A stretch of 64,000 bases of DNA from a virus (Duplodnaviria > Caudoviricetes), in the IMG/VR virus record IMGVR_UViG_3300037067_013742, positions 96,001 through 160,000 of that record. The stretch is one strand, 5' to 3'. Below are positions 29,554 through 39,475 of this stretch, one piece after another. The position numbers were made by a program, and so were the translations under genes. Position 1 is the stretch's first letter. The number at the start of each line of letters is the position of its first letter. A model generated the notes under the pieces. The model ran no database searches and was not told the DNA's origin. It saw nothing but the letters and a program-made list of their open reading frames with translations.

Positions 29554-29578
29554 GTGAGCTACTATAGAAGTTGCTCAT
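29554..29578 (+). promoter_or_regulatory. Imperfect inverted repeat in the longest intergenic gap of the structural module
   Basis: TGAGCTACT-ATAGA-AGTTGCTCA (8 of 9 bases pair in the stem); no U-tract. Confidence 0.35.
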
Positions 29579-29617
29579 TATGTCTTGGCGTAATATTCTG
29601 ACGTTAGTGGTGGTGAA

Positions 29618-31609
29618 ATGATTCCATTTCTGTCCGGCTTTCTAAAGAATCTGCCTGCTATTCAGACTAAGCAGCTCTTGCGGATACTCTCTCAAAGAAG
29701 AGATAGTGGAGAGATAAGGACTCAGGATGAGTTCGTGAAAGAGCTTTCTGTTCTTGCCAATATGATCGGTGGTTCTAAGCTCTCACAAAAGACTCCAGCT
29801 TTAGCCTTTCAGGAGGGAGACTTAATAGAGTCAGATGCAGTTAGAACTTTTCTAGATGCTACGAAGATGGATATGGAAGCCCTTCTTGGAGAGGCAGAGA
29901 ATCTTAGTAACGTTGTTCGCGCGCACCATAAGATTCTTACAGAGAACTATTTCGATGCTCTAGAAGCAGCTCTTGATGAGCTCGAGTCTGATGTAAGGGC
30001 CTATGAAGTTCTTACGACGAGAAAGTTTACTGGGTTTACTAAAAGAATTAAGAGCCTTAACTTTTCTGGATCTAATATGGCGGTTGGTGCCTCTGCTGCA
30101 GATCCTTTCAGCTCTTCTTTATTCTCAGATCTTCGTTCGGGAAAGGCACCTACTTTATCTCCCCCTCGCATGGGTGAGCTGGGAATTCATTTGGGCATTC
30201 TCCCGGATCATAGTGAATATCAAAAACTCTTTACCAAGATCGAGATTATTACAGATTCCACTACTCCACAGACGGCTCTTTCTACAGACGCTGACGGAAA
30301 TGTTCCTGATAATGTAATAGATGGAAACTCTTACACTTTATGGCAAAGGGGTATCCTACTAGATAGCTACCCACCATTTTGCAGGATGAAGTTACTTCTT
30401 TCCTTTCCAGTTCCGGAAAGGATTAGTGCTTTAGTTGTAAGTCCGGTATCTGACGTGCCTCTAAAAATAGCAGATATCTCGTATATAGATTCTGGGGGAA
30501 CCGAGCATGAGCTTGGGGTTGGCTCTATGCATATTGCAACCTCTACTGCTGTTGGCGCGGGGATGACTCGGTCAGATCTTCTTAGCGGAGCTCCACGAGT
30601 AGATATGGAAGATTGGGTTGTCTCTAATAGACCCAAGACTATTCCGTTAGGCGATCTAACCGTAAGTAAGGTAATCTTAACTTTGCAGCAGGGTACTGCT
30701 ATTCCAGCAGAGTTCTACTATTACGATTCAGACATAGGGGGCTGGAGAACTAGTCCGGTATTAGAAGAGCTTTTAAGAGAGAGACTAATGGGTATTGGCG
30801 GATCCATTTCTGAAGACCTTGGCTTTATCGGGCTTGAGGGGGAAGACACAAGGCTTGGTCGGTTTGTGGAGTATCGTTTTGGCTTGCGTGACGTTTACTG
30901 TTTGGAGCGAGAGTATCAAGATACTGGCCTCTTTGTACCAGAGCCGATTACTATAGGTGCTCCGAAAGTATTGGCCTTTTTTGCTGATGCCGAGTTCCCA
31001 ACCTGTGAATCATCTGACATAGAGTTCCTTCTGAAGAAGGAAAACTACGATAGTGCTGGGAGTCTTTTAGATACTGAAGTAATTCCGTTTCTAGCTTATG
31101 GAGATTCATCTGTAGACGAGAGGCTCTTTCTAAAGAGTCGCAACAAAGTCCTTACAACTAAGGGCCTTAACGATACTGCCACTACTCGTTTTTATCCAGA
31201 CTTCTCTAGTTCTTTTGAAGTTTATGTCGGGGAGTCTCTTCTGACTCTCGGGAATGAATACCATATATCGGTAGATGGTGGGTCTACGTGGGAAAGTGTC
31301 GTTCCTCCAGTCGGTGTTACGACTACTCCCAAAGAGTGTCGGATAAGGTTTAAAAATCCGTCCACTAGTGCGATCTTAAGGGTTGTATATACTCCCCTTG
31401 TTTCTGGTCAAACTGAAGGTAGCGAGGTATGGCTAAATGCCAATAGAACGGTAAGGTTAGATAAGTATCAGACATACGTTTTCGATTCTGCCCGTTCGTA
31501 TGGTGAAGTTTCTAGCTGTAAGATTGGGTTGCAGATTCTTGTCCGTTCTAATACTCTGAACACAAGAGTTTCTCCTTATCTAAAAGAGATTGTGATTTTA
31601 GGTAATTAG
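29618..31609 (+). CDS. Structural protein, paralog 1 of triplet (helical N-domain + discoidin-like domain)
   Basis: GEIRTQDEF, NVIDGNSYTLW, C-terminal SPYLKEIVIL; GGTGGTG RBS. Confidence 0.55.
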   Translation: MIPFLSGFLKNLPAIQTKQLLRILSQRRDSGEIRTQDEFVKELSVLANMIGGSKLSQKTPALAFQEGDLIESDAVRTFLDATKMDMEALLGEAENLSNVVRAHHKILTENYFDALEAALDELESDVRAYEVLTTRKFTGFTKRIKSLNFSGSNMAVGASAADPFSSSLFSDLRSGKAPTLSPPRMGELGIHLGILPDHSEYQKLFTKIEIITDSTTPQTALSTDADGNVPDNVIDGNSYTLWQRGILLDSYPPFCRMKLLLSFPVPERISALVVSPVSDVPLKIADISYIDSGGTEHELGVGSMHIATSTAVGAGMTRSDLLSGAPRVDMEDWVVSNRPKTIPLGDLTVSKVILTLQQGTAIPAEFYYYDSDIGGWRTSPVLEELLRERLMGIGGSISEDLGFIGLEGEDTRLGRFVEYRFGLRDVYCLEREYQDTGLFVPEPITIGAPKVLAFFADAEFPTCESSDIEFLLKKENYDSAGSLLDTEVIPFLAYGDSSVDERLFLKSRNKVLTTKGLNDTATTRFYPDFSSSFEVYVGESLLTLGNEYHISVDGGSTWESVVPPVGVTTTPKECRIRFKNPSTSAILRVVYTPLVSGQTEGSEVWLNANRTVRLDKYQTYVFDSARSYGEVSSCKIGLQILVRSNTLNTRVSPYLKEIVILGN

Positions 31610-34600
31610 ATGGATAGATATCGTGGGATAGTAAGTCTCCCTCTTCTAGAAGCTAGGGTAACCCATCTTCTTGACCGTTTGCAAAGTAATGTAAACTTTG
31701 GCAGTTTTCAAACTCAAGAAGAATTAGTCAGAGCCTACGCTGATATTGCCGCAAGAATCCAGAGGGGTAACGACGTTGCTATTTATGACCTACCAAGACC
31801 TATTGCTGGAGGGGCTCTTAACCAAAGTGATCTAAACACTTTCTTCCTTGGGGTCTATAGCGAAATCATCTATCTCCTTACCGCTACAAAGGGCTCTGGT
31901 TCTTTGGTTGAAAGCAATTTTAACTTTGCCGCCGCGGCCATAAGAGAACTTCAGGCAGGAGTGAAGAGGATAAACCACGAGCTAGCTGTCTATAGTCTTT
32001 ACTCTAGTGGGTTTGGCAGTAGTCGTTATCACGGCGAAACCTTTTCTACTGAAGAGAATATCGACCGCGGATCTTCTTTTCTAATAAAGAAGGAATGTTC
32101 TATTAGCCTAGCAGACGGAACTGCTTCTCTTCCGAGGAAGGCCACAACTGATCAGTGGAAGGTTCAGAAGATAGAGATTGGCTCTCTATCTAATGGAGTT
32201 CTTGGCAATAATACAGAAGCAGGAGCTCCAATTAGGGGAACAATATCCTCTATGTATGACGGTAACGTTGATACATGGACGGAATATGAGAAGGTTGTAA
32301 ATGCTGAAGACGAGGAGACTCTTCGGTTAGAGCTAAAGATTTCTCTTGATGACATCCGTGTTGTTAATGGGATTAAGCTACACCCCATTTTCCTTGGGGC
32401 TAGAACGCCTCCAGTTATAGACGTAATAAAGGTTTCCGAAGATGGTCGCGTCTGGACTTCTCTAAAAGATGAGGTCTCTGTCGCTGAATTTATGGGAGAG
32501 AGACTAGAAGATAGATTCCACCTATCTCCCGGATCATCAAGATTTGCTGGAGAGTTTAATATTGTCTTTGCGCCTAGGTTTACAAAATTCATTAGTATTC
32601 TGATAAGGCAATCTTCTTCGTTCCCCATAACTGACGTTTATGGAAGCCGAAAACTTAGATATGCGATTGGTATAAAAGAGATTGCAGTCTATGGCTTCCA
32701 GTATGAGACAGCTGGAGAGCTGATCTCTAAGCCAATTCAGTTTACAGATGACTTTACAGCAGCCTCTATTATCTCCTTGGTAGATCCTCCTTTTGTTCCA
32801 AGGACAGTTGGTGGAGCTGAATACTATCTTTCATTTAATGATGGAGCTTCATGGGATCAGCTTACTTCTCAAGAAGATGCTGACTCTCAGCTTCCAGAGG
32901 TCCTGAGCCCCGAGGCTGCGACTAAGGCTCTTCGGTGGAAGGTTAGACTTTTTAAGGATGAGGCAGCTTTTGAGAAGAGTATCCCGCGGCCCTCTATCTC
33001 TACAAGAGAGATATATAACTATCCAGACAGAAGTCCCAAATCAATTAAGCTAGAGCATAAGCCAAAGGATGGAACTGTATCTGTTTGTGATCCCAATATT
33101 GGGAGTCGCGGGAAACTGTACCCAAAGATGGTTCTTGGCAAAGGTGTCTTCTCGGAGCTAAAAGTAGATCCGGGTGGTGGCGGAAACTGGGAGAGGCACG
33201 GCAATACAGAACTTAAGCTGCAAATCCCAATTAGTGAGATCGATAATCCCGATGAAGTTTATGTATATGTAAACAATGTTCAGTTTGCAAAGGGGATAGA
33301 TTGGTCTGGGGCTGATCGGTTTACGAGGAGGTGTATCGTAAGACGGAGCACAGATGCTTCTACTGATGGGACAGACTCATCTCTTGAAGTTGTATTTGGT
33401 AATGGGGATGGTCTTGCTCCTGTCGGGATGATACCGGCGGCCACTGACACCATCTCTGTCTGCCTAAGTCAGGAATATGTATCGCTAGATGGGATAGCGG
33501 CCCCATATAAATTAAAGTTGGCCTATTCTTCTAATGGCAACAAGAAGGATACTCAGATCAAGTTTGCTGGCCAGCCATTCATGATTGCGGCAAATGAGAC
33601 TCTCCCAACTGGGATAACTAAGTATAAGCTTGTAAATTCTGATAGGGTTAGGCTTGACGAGACCTCTTCTCCACCAAAGCGACTTGTTATAAGGGGTTCT
33701 GATAGTGGACCGTCCTGGGTGGCCGCTTTGGGAAGCACGGCTTCTTATATCGGGGCCCCGGCAATTCCGTCAAGTACAACTTTTATAAGATACCGAGAGT
33801 TTATAGATGGCAGTACAGAATTAGATGCTTCTGGCGATTGGACCCTAGACCCGGTTCGTGGCTATCTTTATATGAAAACGCCCGTAGATGATTATACGTA
33901 TTCAATTTCATATTATCCAGATAGCAGTATTTATCTTGAAGAGACTGATTGGGATTTCGTTTCGGGTAAGCTAGACGAGATAGACGTTTATGAGACTGGA
34001 TATCATACGATTTCTGGATCGCAATCGCTTTCTTCTGGTGTTAAGTCGGCTGATCTTACTGGATCAACTGGGATTGTTCCAAAGAGCGTTCGTATAAATG
34101 GAGACGTTTTTGGGGCTGGAATATCTCCATTTGAAGTCCCCTATATTAATGGGGCTGACGAATTTGAAGTTATGGGAAAGATTCAGGACGAGATAATTCC
34201 GCAAGCTGTTTCTGCTGGTGTTCCAGCAATAGCAAAGTTTCAAATAACTCATCACGAAAACCTTATTCCCACGTCTGGATTTTCCTTTACAAATCAGACT
34301 GGCCCATCTCCTACTTTTACTAATATGGTGATAAATTACGCGTCTTTGGCAAATGTTGGAGATTACTATATAGACGTGGATGGTAGTGGCGTTGATGGCT
34401 TGGGCTATGTCTATGTTGTCTTGACAACTGCGGGGAGTACGATCCCTGCCAATGAGACAATTGCTTATTATTATAGAGATGCATACTCTTCTGAGCGGAT
34501 GAAAGGTTCTTACTCAGTAGATCAGGTAAATGGCAGGGTGTTCTTTTCAGAAGCTTTGTCAGCTACTGGAACAGCTAAATTTAAGTATACTTCTTATACA

Positions 34601-34813
34601 GTTAGCTACAATATTTCTAGAGAGTTTGAATCTGGTAGTGAGTGGAAGCTTAAGGAAGATGGACAAACGATAGTCTTAGATTTGTCTTCTAATTCTTCCC
34701 AGAGTGGTAAGGTATCGGTCCGATATGAGTACGAAGTAGAGAGCTTAAACGTTGCCGACTTAGCTCCTTATTATTCTCCTCTTCTTCGGGCTCTTGCCGT
34801 GAAGGTGGCTTAA
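31610..34813 (+). CDS. Structural protein, paralog 2 of triplet
   Basis: GSFQTQEEL, SMYDGNVDTW, IKVSEDGRVWT, C-terminal SPLLRALAVKV. Confidence 0.55.
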   Translation: MDRYRGIVSLPLLEARVTHLLDRLQSNVNFGSFQTQEELVRAYADIAARIQRGNDVAIYDLPRPIAGGALNQSDLNTFFLGVYSEIIYLLTATKGSGSLVESNFNFAAAAIRELQAGVKRINHELAVYSLYSSGFGSSRYHGETFSTEENIDRGSSFLIKKECSISLADGTASLPRKATTDQWKVQKIEIGSLSNGVLGNNTEAGAPIRGTISSMYDGNVDTWTEYEKVVNAEDEETLRLELKISLDDIRVVNGIKLHPIFLGARTPPVIDVIKVSEDGRVWTSLKDEVSVAEFMGERLEDRFHLSPGSSRFAGEFNIVFAPRFTKFISILIRQSSSFPITDVYGSRKLRYAIGIKEIAVYGFQYETAGELISKPIQFTDDFTAASIISLVDPPFVPRTVGGAEYYLSFNDGASWDQLTSQEDADSQLPEVLSPEAATKALRWKVRLFKDEAAFEKSIPRPSISTREIYNYPDRSPKSIKLEHKPKDGTVSVCDPNIGSRGKLYPKMVLGKGVFSELKVDPGGGGNWERHGNTELKLQIPISEIDNPDEVYVYVNNVQFAKGIDWSGADRFTRRCIVRRSTDASTDGTDSSLEVVFGNGDGLAPVGMIPAATDTISVCLSQEYVSLDGIAAPYKLKLAYSSNGNKKDTQIKFAGQPFMIAANETLPTGITKYKLVNSDRVRLDETSSPPKRLVIRGSDSGPSWVAALGSTASYIGAPAIPSSTTFIRYREFIDGSTELDASGDWTLDPVRGYLYMKTPVDDYTYSISYYPDSSIYLEETDWDFVSGKLDEIDVYETGYHTISGSQSLSSGVKSADLTGSTGIVPKSVRINGDVFGAGISPFEVPYINGADEFEVMGKIQDEIIPQAVSAGVPAIAKFQITHHENLIPTSGFSFTNQTGPSPTFTNMVINYASLANVGDYYIDVDGSGVDGLGYVYVVLTTAGSTIPANETIAYYYRDAYSSERMKGSYSVDQVNGRVFFSEALSATGTAKFKYTSYTVSYNISREFESGSEWKLKEDGQTIVLDLSSNSSQSGKVSVRYEYEVESLNVADLAPYYSPLLRALAVKVA

Positions 34814-36946
34814 GTGGGATATGTTTCTGAAAATAGAACTATCAGGATATTAGAGGACGCTCTAAAGGCTTATCTACTTGAGGGCCGTGTTCCGTCTACT
34901 GGTGAGTTACAAAATGCTTTGTCAGAAGAGGAAGCTGCATTCGGTGCCCTTACCAGGAGTGGGCTTCGGGCGGTCCCCTTGCCAGAGCGTTTTACCGAGT
35001 CTTCTGCTTCCGCCTTTCAAGATGCCTTAGAGGCTATAGACAATGACAGAGAAGTTCTTCTTACCTCTTTGGCTGACGTAAACGAACTGTCTCTTGCAAA
35101 GCTTGCCGAGTGGAACAGCCGCGCTAAAGGTTTAAAGGTTCGTCTTGACAAGCTTCTTGGCAGAGTTGAGTCGCTGGTTCTTCTTGAGTCTGATATTGCT
35201 GGTTATGCTGGATTTGTTGAAGAGGGCTTTCGATCTCTAGAGAATATCGCTTCTACGACAACTGCAAATATAGATACCTCTACCGGCGAGGTTACTCTTA
35301 ACGTCGATAGGGCAGAGGCAGATCCTGGCTCGGGCGGAACCTTAATAGATGTTAGAGAAGCTTCTGTAAGTATAGGTCTTATAGAGAGTGGAAATTCAAG
35401 GAATATACTTAAGGTTGCTGGTGCCTCTCCTAGAAACATACTTTCTGATTCGCTTAATAGATGGGGAGCTGAAGTAGTATCTCGTAATCCAGAAGACTTT
35501 AGAACTTCGAGTATGTCTGGAAAACCAGTTGTCTTAGAAGTGAAGATTGGTCTTGTCCGAAAAGAAGAAGTTTCTAAAGTAGTTCTACTTATGTCCGATG
35601 CTACAGCAGGAGCAAAGAACGTTATAAATCTTCAATATAGCCTTGATGGATATACCTGGGCGAACGTTCCGTCTGAGTCTCCAGTACAGTCTGGTACTGG
35701 GAACTTTATATTCAGATTTCCCAAAACTGAAATGCAGTGGCTAAAGGTTATCGTCTCTAAGGTTTCTCCAGACGAATATAGAGATGGTAGTCCTGTTTAT
35801 GATTTTGGCATTTCTCAGGTAAAGCTATACTCTGAGAGTTTTGAGGTTGGTTCTGATGGTGTAGATCTCTATACCGAAACTCTCATTCCAAAAATGGCGG
35901 GTCAGCTTGTTCTCTTTGGCAGAGCCTCTCTCGAGGTTTGTGAGGAAATTCCGCCCGCAACTTCTATAAGATACTTTCTTAGAGCCTATGATGGGTCGTC
36001 TTATACTGATTGGGTACAGGTTGCTCCCCTTTCTAGAGAAGCAGATTCTTCCAAATCTGTAGTCGACTTCTCAACGCCATCTACAATTTCGTCCGAAGAT
36101 CTAACGACCAGATTCAATTCTTCTATAGATTATGAGGCGTTAGATATTATGCGAGTTGATGGAACTGGTTCGCTCGCTTACCGATTCAATGGGCCTAACG
36201 ACACAATAGCTAACTTCTACCTATCTCATAATGACAACCTGTTGTCTAATCTTGTCTTTCTGAGAAACATTGGTTATTCAGATGGTAAGTACCCAACAGT
36301 AGATGTCGATCTAAAAGTTGGTGATACGGAATGCGGTTGGGGTCTTGATGGAGAAAATATCTATTACTGTGAGTTTCAAGTTAAGAACCCGGCTGGGATG
36401 GAAATTGATTTTGGGACAACCCAGGCTAATCTAGATTCAAAAGTTGTTTCTGGTGTTGTTGAGGGGATCAAGCCTGGTTGGCATAAGTTTAGGACAACTA
36501 GGTCGAACTGGGCGTCTTTAGATAGCACTCTCTTTGTGGCTGCGCCTACTACAGAAGCTCTTTTAAAGGCGGGTGATCCGCTATATCCTTATAACCATAA
36601 GTATCTTATCGAAGGATATAACTATCCTACTTCTTTCATTGGTAAGAAAGTCTATAAGGGAGTTGATCTTTATACTCAACTAAGAGCGACAAGAGTTGGG
36701 ATTAATACAATTTTAGAGTCTGTAGTAGATGCCTCTATTTATGCTATTGATGTCATAGATGGTCCAAAGACGATAGTTCTTCTTAAGTTTGACTCAAGCC
36801 GGCCAAACTTCCAGAATGAGAGAGTTAGGCTTTTATATGACAGGCGGTTTGAAGCGTTTACTGGTTTAGAGTTGAGAGCCTCATTAAAGTCTGATGATGC
36901 AATGCTAACACCAACTCTTTCATACTTTAGAGTTAGGGTTCAATAA
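34814..36946 (+). CDS. Structural protein, paralog 3 of triplet
   Basis: GRVPSTGEL, NILSDSLNRW, LQYSLDGYTWA, C-terminal TPTLSYFRVRV; GTG start abutting the previous stop. Confidence 0.55.
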   Translation: MGYVSENRTIRILEDALKAYLLEGRVPSTGELQNALSEEEAAFGALTRSGLRAVPLPERFTESSASAFQDALEAIDNDREVLLTSLADVNELSLAKLAEWNSRAKGLKVRLDKLLGRVESLVLLESDIAGYAGFVEEGFRSLENIASTTTANIDTSTGEVTLNVDRAEADPGSGGTLIDVREASVSIGLIESGNSRNILKVAGASPRNILSDSLNRWGAEVVSRNPEDFRTSSMSGKPVVLEVKIGLVRKEEVSKVVLLMSDATAGAKNVINLQYSLDGYTWANVPSESPVQSGTGNFIFRFPKTEMQWLKVIVSKVSPDEYRDGSPVYDFGISQVKLYSESFEVGSDGVDLYTETLIPKMAGQLVLFGRASLEVCEEIPPATSIRYFLRAYDGSSYTDWVQVAPLSREADSSKSVVDFSTPSTISSEDLTTRFNSSIDYEALDIMRVDGTGSLAYRFNGPNDTIANFYLSHNDNLLSNLVFLRNIGYSDGKYPTVDVDLKVGDTECGWGLDGENIYYCEFQVKNPAGMEIDFGTTQANLDSKVVSGVVEGIKPGWHKFRTTRSNWASLDSTLFVAAPTTEALLKAGDPLYPYNHKYLIEGYNYPTSFIGKKVYKGVDLYTQLRATRVGINTILESVVDASIYAIDVIDGPKTIVLLKFDSSRPNFQNERVRLLYDRRFEAFTGLELRASLKSDDAMLTPTLSYFRVRVQ

Positions 36947-38058
36947 TGAGAAGACTTAGTACATCTGGTACTGTTCCAACAATTGTCCCGTCTGGATCTA
37001 CGGATGTTCTCAGGCAGATTGAGGACATTATTAGGGGCATCCAAAGCGATGTTGGGCAAGTTATTATTGGTTATAACGAAGATGTCTACCCAATAATTTC
37101 TTCTTTCTCACAAGGGCGGAGCGAGACTAGATGGTCTCTCTCTGATGATATCTACCCGAAGAAAAATGGAATAGATGGCTCTCAGGTTTTTCTAGATAAT
37201 GACGCCTCTCTTTCTCTAGAGGATGGACGTTACTGGCGATCTGACTTGTCTCGGCCAAAGACTATAAAGGAATCTGTAGAGGATTTATATACTAGTCTCT
37301 CAAATAGTATAGATTCCATAAGGGGAGATTTTGCTTCTGTCTCTAGCTATGGAGTTCCAGCTAGAGCGGTTGGTATGATTGGGGATAACATCTTTGATGC
37401 ATCTAAAAGTTCAGACTCTTCTTCTTTAGATTCTATAGCTAATGGGAACGTCCTTCATGTTCTTCAGGTAGCAAGAGATCTTTATGGTGATGCTTATGAC
37501 AGCTGGACCTCTGATGGCTCTATTCTTCTGACTGGCGGGTCGTTAAGAACTATGGTAGAGGGGCTCCTCTCCATCCATAACAGCACTTGGGATTCTAGTA
37601 CGATTCCTCTCCATTCGGCTCTTCCGATTTATAGCACCTATACGGGGACTCCCTATAATGAGGTTACGGCTCTTGCCGATGACGTAATTGGCGGTCTAAT
37701 TTTTGATCCCTCCCAAAATGCCTCAGTTGAAGTCCAGTATACTTTTGAAGCAGCTATTGGATATATGGGAGCTGCTGCGGTAGATGGGGAGCTATATCTC
37801 TATGACATGGGAACTAGTGGAGCTATAGGTGCGGGTACTTTAGTAACAACTTTGTCTACGGCGAGTGTGGCTCAGGGCGCTGGATTTGTAGATAAGGTTT
37901 CTAGTATTCTTACTATTAGTGCTGCTCCAATTGCTGGAGCAAGCCAGATTCTTAATAGCGAGCGGGTCTATGAGATAAGAACTAAATTGACTGGAGCTCC
38001 TGGTCCTGGTGAATATTGCCAGGTCTCTTGGGCTGGCATTGTAGCAAGGCCAACATAA
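36946..38058 (+). CDS. Fibre/adaptor protein A (shares its N-terminal ~220 aa with the next gene)
   Basis: Aligns directly to the next ORF, e.g. DGRYWRSDLSRPKTIKES vs DGRYWRTDLLRPRTIKES. Confidence 0.6.
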   Translation: MRRLSTSGTVPTIVPSGSTDVLRQIEDIIRGIQSDVGQVIIGYNEDVYPIISSFSQGRSETRWSLSDDIYPKKNGIDGSQVFLDNDASLSLEDGRYWRSDLSRPKTIKESVEDLYTSLSNSIDSIRGDFASVSSYGVPARAVGMIGDNIFDASKSSDSSSLDSIANGNVLHVLQVARDLYGDAYDSWTSDGSILLTGGSLRTMVEGLLSIHNSTWDSSTIPLHSALPIYSTYTGTPYNEVTALADDVIGGLIFDPSQNASVEVQYTFEAAIGYMGAAAVDGELYLYDMGTSGAIGAGTLVTTLSTASVAQGAGFVDKVSSILTISAAPIAGASQILNSERVYEIRTKLTGAPGPGEYCQVSWAGIVARPT

Positions 38059-38060
38059 CC

Positions 38061-39440
38061 ATGAGAAGGTTACAAGACATAGGGACTACTGCTTCTATTT
38101 CCACTTCTGGCGCAACTCCTATTGTAAGTCAGATAGAGGATGTTCTTGCCGGAATACAAAGTACTCTCTCTCAAATAATTACTGAGTATAACGCTGAAGT
38201 TTATCCTGTGATCTCTTCTCTTCCACAAGGTCGGGATGACACTCGCTGGAAGATGGCTAATAATGCTATCTATCCAAAGAGGAATTATCTAGACGGCAAT
38301 AACATTTTTGTTGACTCTACTGCTTCGGCCAGGGTGGATGATGGCCGTTATTGGAGAACAGACTTACTGCGGCCCCGGACAATTAAAGAATCCTTTTCTC
38401 AGCTCTATACAGAGATCCAAGATCAGATTGATGGGTTAAGAACCTCTATTTCTAGCTATACGAACGAGGGCCTGACTGCTGCTCAGAAGGCCAGGATCGG
38501 GATGAACATATTCGACCCAATCCTTCCATCTTCTGCGTCTTCGTTAGATGGCTTAACCCAAACCCATGAGCTTAACTTTACTCAAGTGGGAAAAGACCTT
38601 TATGGTGCATCTTGGTCGTTAGATGGAGATGGTCTAGAGAATCTTTACTACTCAGTTAAAGAGATGGTTGATGCTCTGCTACAAATTCATGGCGGGGCAT
38701 GGGATACTGACGTTTCTGTTTTTCATAGCTCTTGGGGAACGCCTCTTTCTATTTCGGAGGAAGGCGTTTCCGTTGAGCCCGGTGTTGCAAATATAGACTT
38801 CGTTGGAGCTAGCGTAACAGCAACTCAAACAGCTCCAGGATCAGTTGAGATTGAAGTTACAACTTCTTATTGGGGAGCAGTTGCAGATACTTCTGAGCTT
38901 CCGAACGTTGTCGGGGCATCGGTTCAAGATGCAGCTTTAGCTGCTGGCGATACAGCTTATGTTACAGCTGACTCTGCGTTATATCTTTGTATTGTCGATA
39001 CCGTTGGATCAGCTCTATGGGTAAGCCTTTTAACTGGAGGACGGGTTTTGGAAACGCCGCTTGTTGATACTACAGATCATGCTACTTCTGCTGGAATTAG
39101 TTATCCAGATGATAGCGGTCTAGAGATGGAAGGCTATAGAGACTTGTCCTTTACTGGTAAGTTTATCTGTGGCGCAAATAACACAATCTCTTTTACTGTT
39201 GAGGGTACAAATGACGAGGATGCTACTCCAGCCAATCGTGACTGGATATCAATCTATGCTTATCGGTCAGATGCAAACACGGTGGTTAACAGTATTGCTT
39301 GTGGTTCTGCTGCAACCGTAACCTTTGGATGGGATTTTGACAACTGCAACTACAAGTATGTACGTGTCCGACTTGTTATTACAAACACTGGTGTTCTGTC
39401 GAATACGGTTGTCATCATAGCTCGGCAAAAGTCGTTATAG
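38061..39440 (+). CDS. Fibre/adaptor protein B (start probably ATG 38061)
   Basis: The MRRL start matches the paralog. ISEEGVSV...IDFVGASVTA fibre motif. C-terminal YKYVRVRL beta-sandwich. Confidence 0.6.
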   Translation: MRRLQDIGTTASISTSGATPIVSQIEDVLAGIQSTLSQIITEYNAEVYPVISSLPQGRDDTRWKMANNAIYPKRNYLDGNNIFVDSTASARVDDGRYWRTDLLRPRTIKESFSQLYTEIQDQIDGLRTSISSYTNEGLTAAQKARIGMNIFDPILPSSASSLDGLTQTHELNFTQVGKDLYGASWSLDGDGLENLYYSVKEMVDALLQIHGGAWDTDVSVFHSSWGTPLSISEEGVSVEPGVANIDFVGASVTATQTAPGSVEIEVTTSYWGAVADTSELPNVVGASVQDAALAAGDTAYVTADSALYLCIVDTVGSALWVSLLTGGRVLETPLVDTTDHATSAGISYPDDSGLEMEGYRDLSFTGKFICGANNTISFTVEGTNDEDATPANRDWISIYAYRSDANTVVNSIACGSAATVTFGWDFDNCNYKYVRVRLVITNTGVLSNTVVIIARQKSL

Positions 39441-39475
39441 TTATAGTAGTTAGCTTAATTCGATAGGTTTGAAGA

